A stretch of DNA of 63,186 nucleotides, counting the filler, from Sphacelaria rigidula (taxonomy: Eukaryota), in NCBI GenBank assembly GCA_964200075.2. It is 11 parts of 11 records of this genome, joined end to end, with 100 filler letters (N's around TTAATTAATTAA, not from the genome) between each part and the next. Parts side by side here need not be neighbours in the genome. Positions count along the whole stretch, not along the records: positions 57,534 to 63,186 come from CAXNAA020025535.1; 10 more parts are not named here. One strand, written 5' to 3'. Shown piece by piece: positions 61,096 through 63,186 of the stretch. A program made the position numbers and the translations under genes. The notes below the pieces were generated by a model. The model did no database searches and was not told the origin of the DNA. It worked only from the letters and a program-made list of their open reading frames with translations. Each line of letters starts with the position of its first letter. Position 1 is the stretch's first letter.

Positions 61096-63186
61096 ACTGC
61101 ACGTATCGTGGAATGATATACAGCATAAAAACGTGAGTCTAGTGGAAAAATATCACTGTCAGCAGGTGAACTACAATGACCCCCATTCGGAGCTGTACCT
61201 TTATATGGTGGTTGCCTTTTTGATTTTTATCGTGACAGAGGATCAGCACTGCCTTTCCCTCGTCGACCGTCTGCGGGATAGATGTCGAGGTGGGTAGCTA
61301 GCTAGCTAGGCGACATCATCTGGCAACACCACAGACTGTACTATTTGTTTCCGAAACACGACTGTCCAGTTCAGTAAGTCCGCAACCATGGGGTTGGAGA
61401 CGCAACCAAGGGGTTGGAGGGCTCGGGGGTTTATCCCCAAACACAAGAATAATTACATGCACGTGCACTGACGACTACCGCACCCGAGCGGAATAAACGG
61501 CTAGGTAGCTATAATAGCTACCTGGACATTATTTGGCATCACCCCAAACTCCACCTCGGTTGTACTATATCAGTGAAATTTGTGAAACGGAACATGGGTC
61601 ACTCGTGTTCAGTACAGACAGTCTGTACTGCCTGCACTGCTTGCAAGCAGGGTGTCTTGATAGCGTGTGTGCGTGTTTCGTGCAGGAGGATATAAAGGAG
61701 AAGTGGGCAACGTGCAGTGCAGACACCCAAGGACTATCATTCCTCTCTGCTTACCATGCGAAAAATCGGGGGAGATGCGGGAGTGTCCGGATTTGGGCAG
61801 AAATGTGGTGAACCAAACGTCATTGTCCATAGAATCGGAGAATTGATATGGTTTGCTCACAGCTAGCCGAAAAACATTGCCCACCGGACTGGGGTCCGGA
61901 AAATCAATCCACGGGAAAAAATTGCCTGTAGATGCAAGGGCGGGTGAAAAAAATATTCCTGGACCCACACTCACGTTTTTCCATATGGGGCCGATTGGGG
62001 GGGGAGGGGGAGGGCGCACTGTTGAGACCGTGTCCGGGCTGGCGGATTCCGTTCTATACTAAGTCCTATATACTCAATGCAACCAAGCTCAACCACAAGT
62101 TACTTGGTTTTAGACTGGGTTGAACGGGGGAGAAGATTCACTTCACTTGCAGAGCACACCCAAGCACAAGCAGCGAAGAACAAAACAGCAGTCGCGGTCT
62201 CGGCAAATCTTGGTTCGGTGTTGGGCTTGAAGTATGCTGTGTAAGCGAACATAAACCGCTTCATCCAGTGCTTGATGCAACCTGATAATGAATCCTAGCA
62301 AACCCAAGCGAGTCAGATGACTAGAGTTGGGCACCCGAACACCAGAACAAGCAGAGGCAAGGGCTTTTCGCAACAACACGGTGGGGGGAAACGGGTTGAT
62401 TGAGTTAGGGCAAAATATCGAGGCGGGGGAGGGGGGCAGTTGCGACGAACCACAAACCCTTCACCCGTCTGTGACCGCAGCAAGCACTGCAACGGCCGCA
62501 CTAGTGTGGCGGAGAGGGTGTAGCCGGAGGATCTGCGTAATTCATTTGGCATGATCATTTTTACTTGCTTGCTTGGATCATCAGAACCATCGATAAATTA
62601 GTCGAAAACAACACTAAACACTGCTCACACCATTGCACACCATCCAAGTTTACTCATGAAACACACGAACAAACGACGCACGGGTCGTGCGCATTGCTGC
62701 GACAACGTGTTGCTGAGCTATTGACGCCCCAAAGGCTGATAAACAGGTGTCTCGTTTGAGAAGAAAAAAATCAAATCAGGAGCTGCTAAGGGGGGTGGGG
62801 GGGGGGAGGGGGTAGTGTTGGTCCAGGCATATTTTTTTCACCCGCCCTTGGTAGATGGGCTGAAATCCTCATAATTGTACAAATCGAGATTCGTTGCCAT
62901 AAAAGTGGGTCTCAAACAAATTATCATTTCTACATAAATTCTGAACAGATTTGAGCAATAAGGTCACGCACAACGTGCGCAGCTGATGAGCAGCTACGAC
63001 TACGCAACCCATTACGAAATTATTGCCGCCCAACAATTGTACAATCTTCCATTCGTGTTACTCAAGTTGGTCAACCTTATCCGGAGCCACCATATGGAAA
63101 CACATGCGATGTTTGTACAGACACGATCACTACTGTACATTGACATACAACAGCCTATCTTATCCATATATTTTCGACTTGCGTCA

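Noticed and set aside
1..63186. Fanzor/TnpB, Cas, giant-virus (phaeovirus) core genes, rRNA
   Set aside because: No RuvC, Cas, capsid/polymerase or rRNA signatures were recognised by eye. A profile search would be needed to exclude remote homologues.

Overview
This is eukaryotic nuclear DNA, very probably from a brown alga (Phaeophyceae), based on an intron-split mannuronan C-5 epimerase, long GT-AG introns and dense TE debris. It is not one locus. It is 11 unrelated scaffolds of 5653-5654 bp joined by an artificial 100-bp linker (44 N, TTAATTAATTAA, 44 N), so neighbourhood across linkers means nothing. Host gene fragments reconstructed exon by exon: a Pro-rich protein, an ankyrin gene with an internal stop that sits head-to-head with a type II pantothenate kinase, an Asp/Asn beta-hydroxylase-family 2OG-Fe(II) dioxygenase with a large polyQ exon, a mannuronan C-5 epimerase (YGFDPHD), a tandem-DUF2061-like membrane protein and one Hsp70-family exon. 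Mobile DNA: a degenerate intron-containing Sola2-like DDD transposase, a degenerate Academ/DUF6589-like transposase with a decayed PHD finger upstream, a Ty3/Gypsy pol split by an RTE-like LINE, a tRNA-derived SINE family, and several MITE families (piggyBac-like, hAT-like, CMC-like, foldback). Some MITE insertions have TSDs confirmed against empty sites in this window. The best candidates for something new are the Academ-like/PHD element, the spliced Sola2 element, a MITE carrying about 20 TGACGT motifs, and repeated MITE insertion into SINEs. I saw no CRISPR array, rRNA or intact tRNA. All family assignments come from motif recognition, not database searches.
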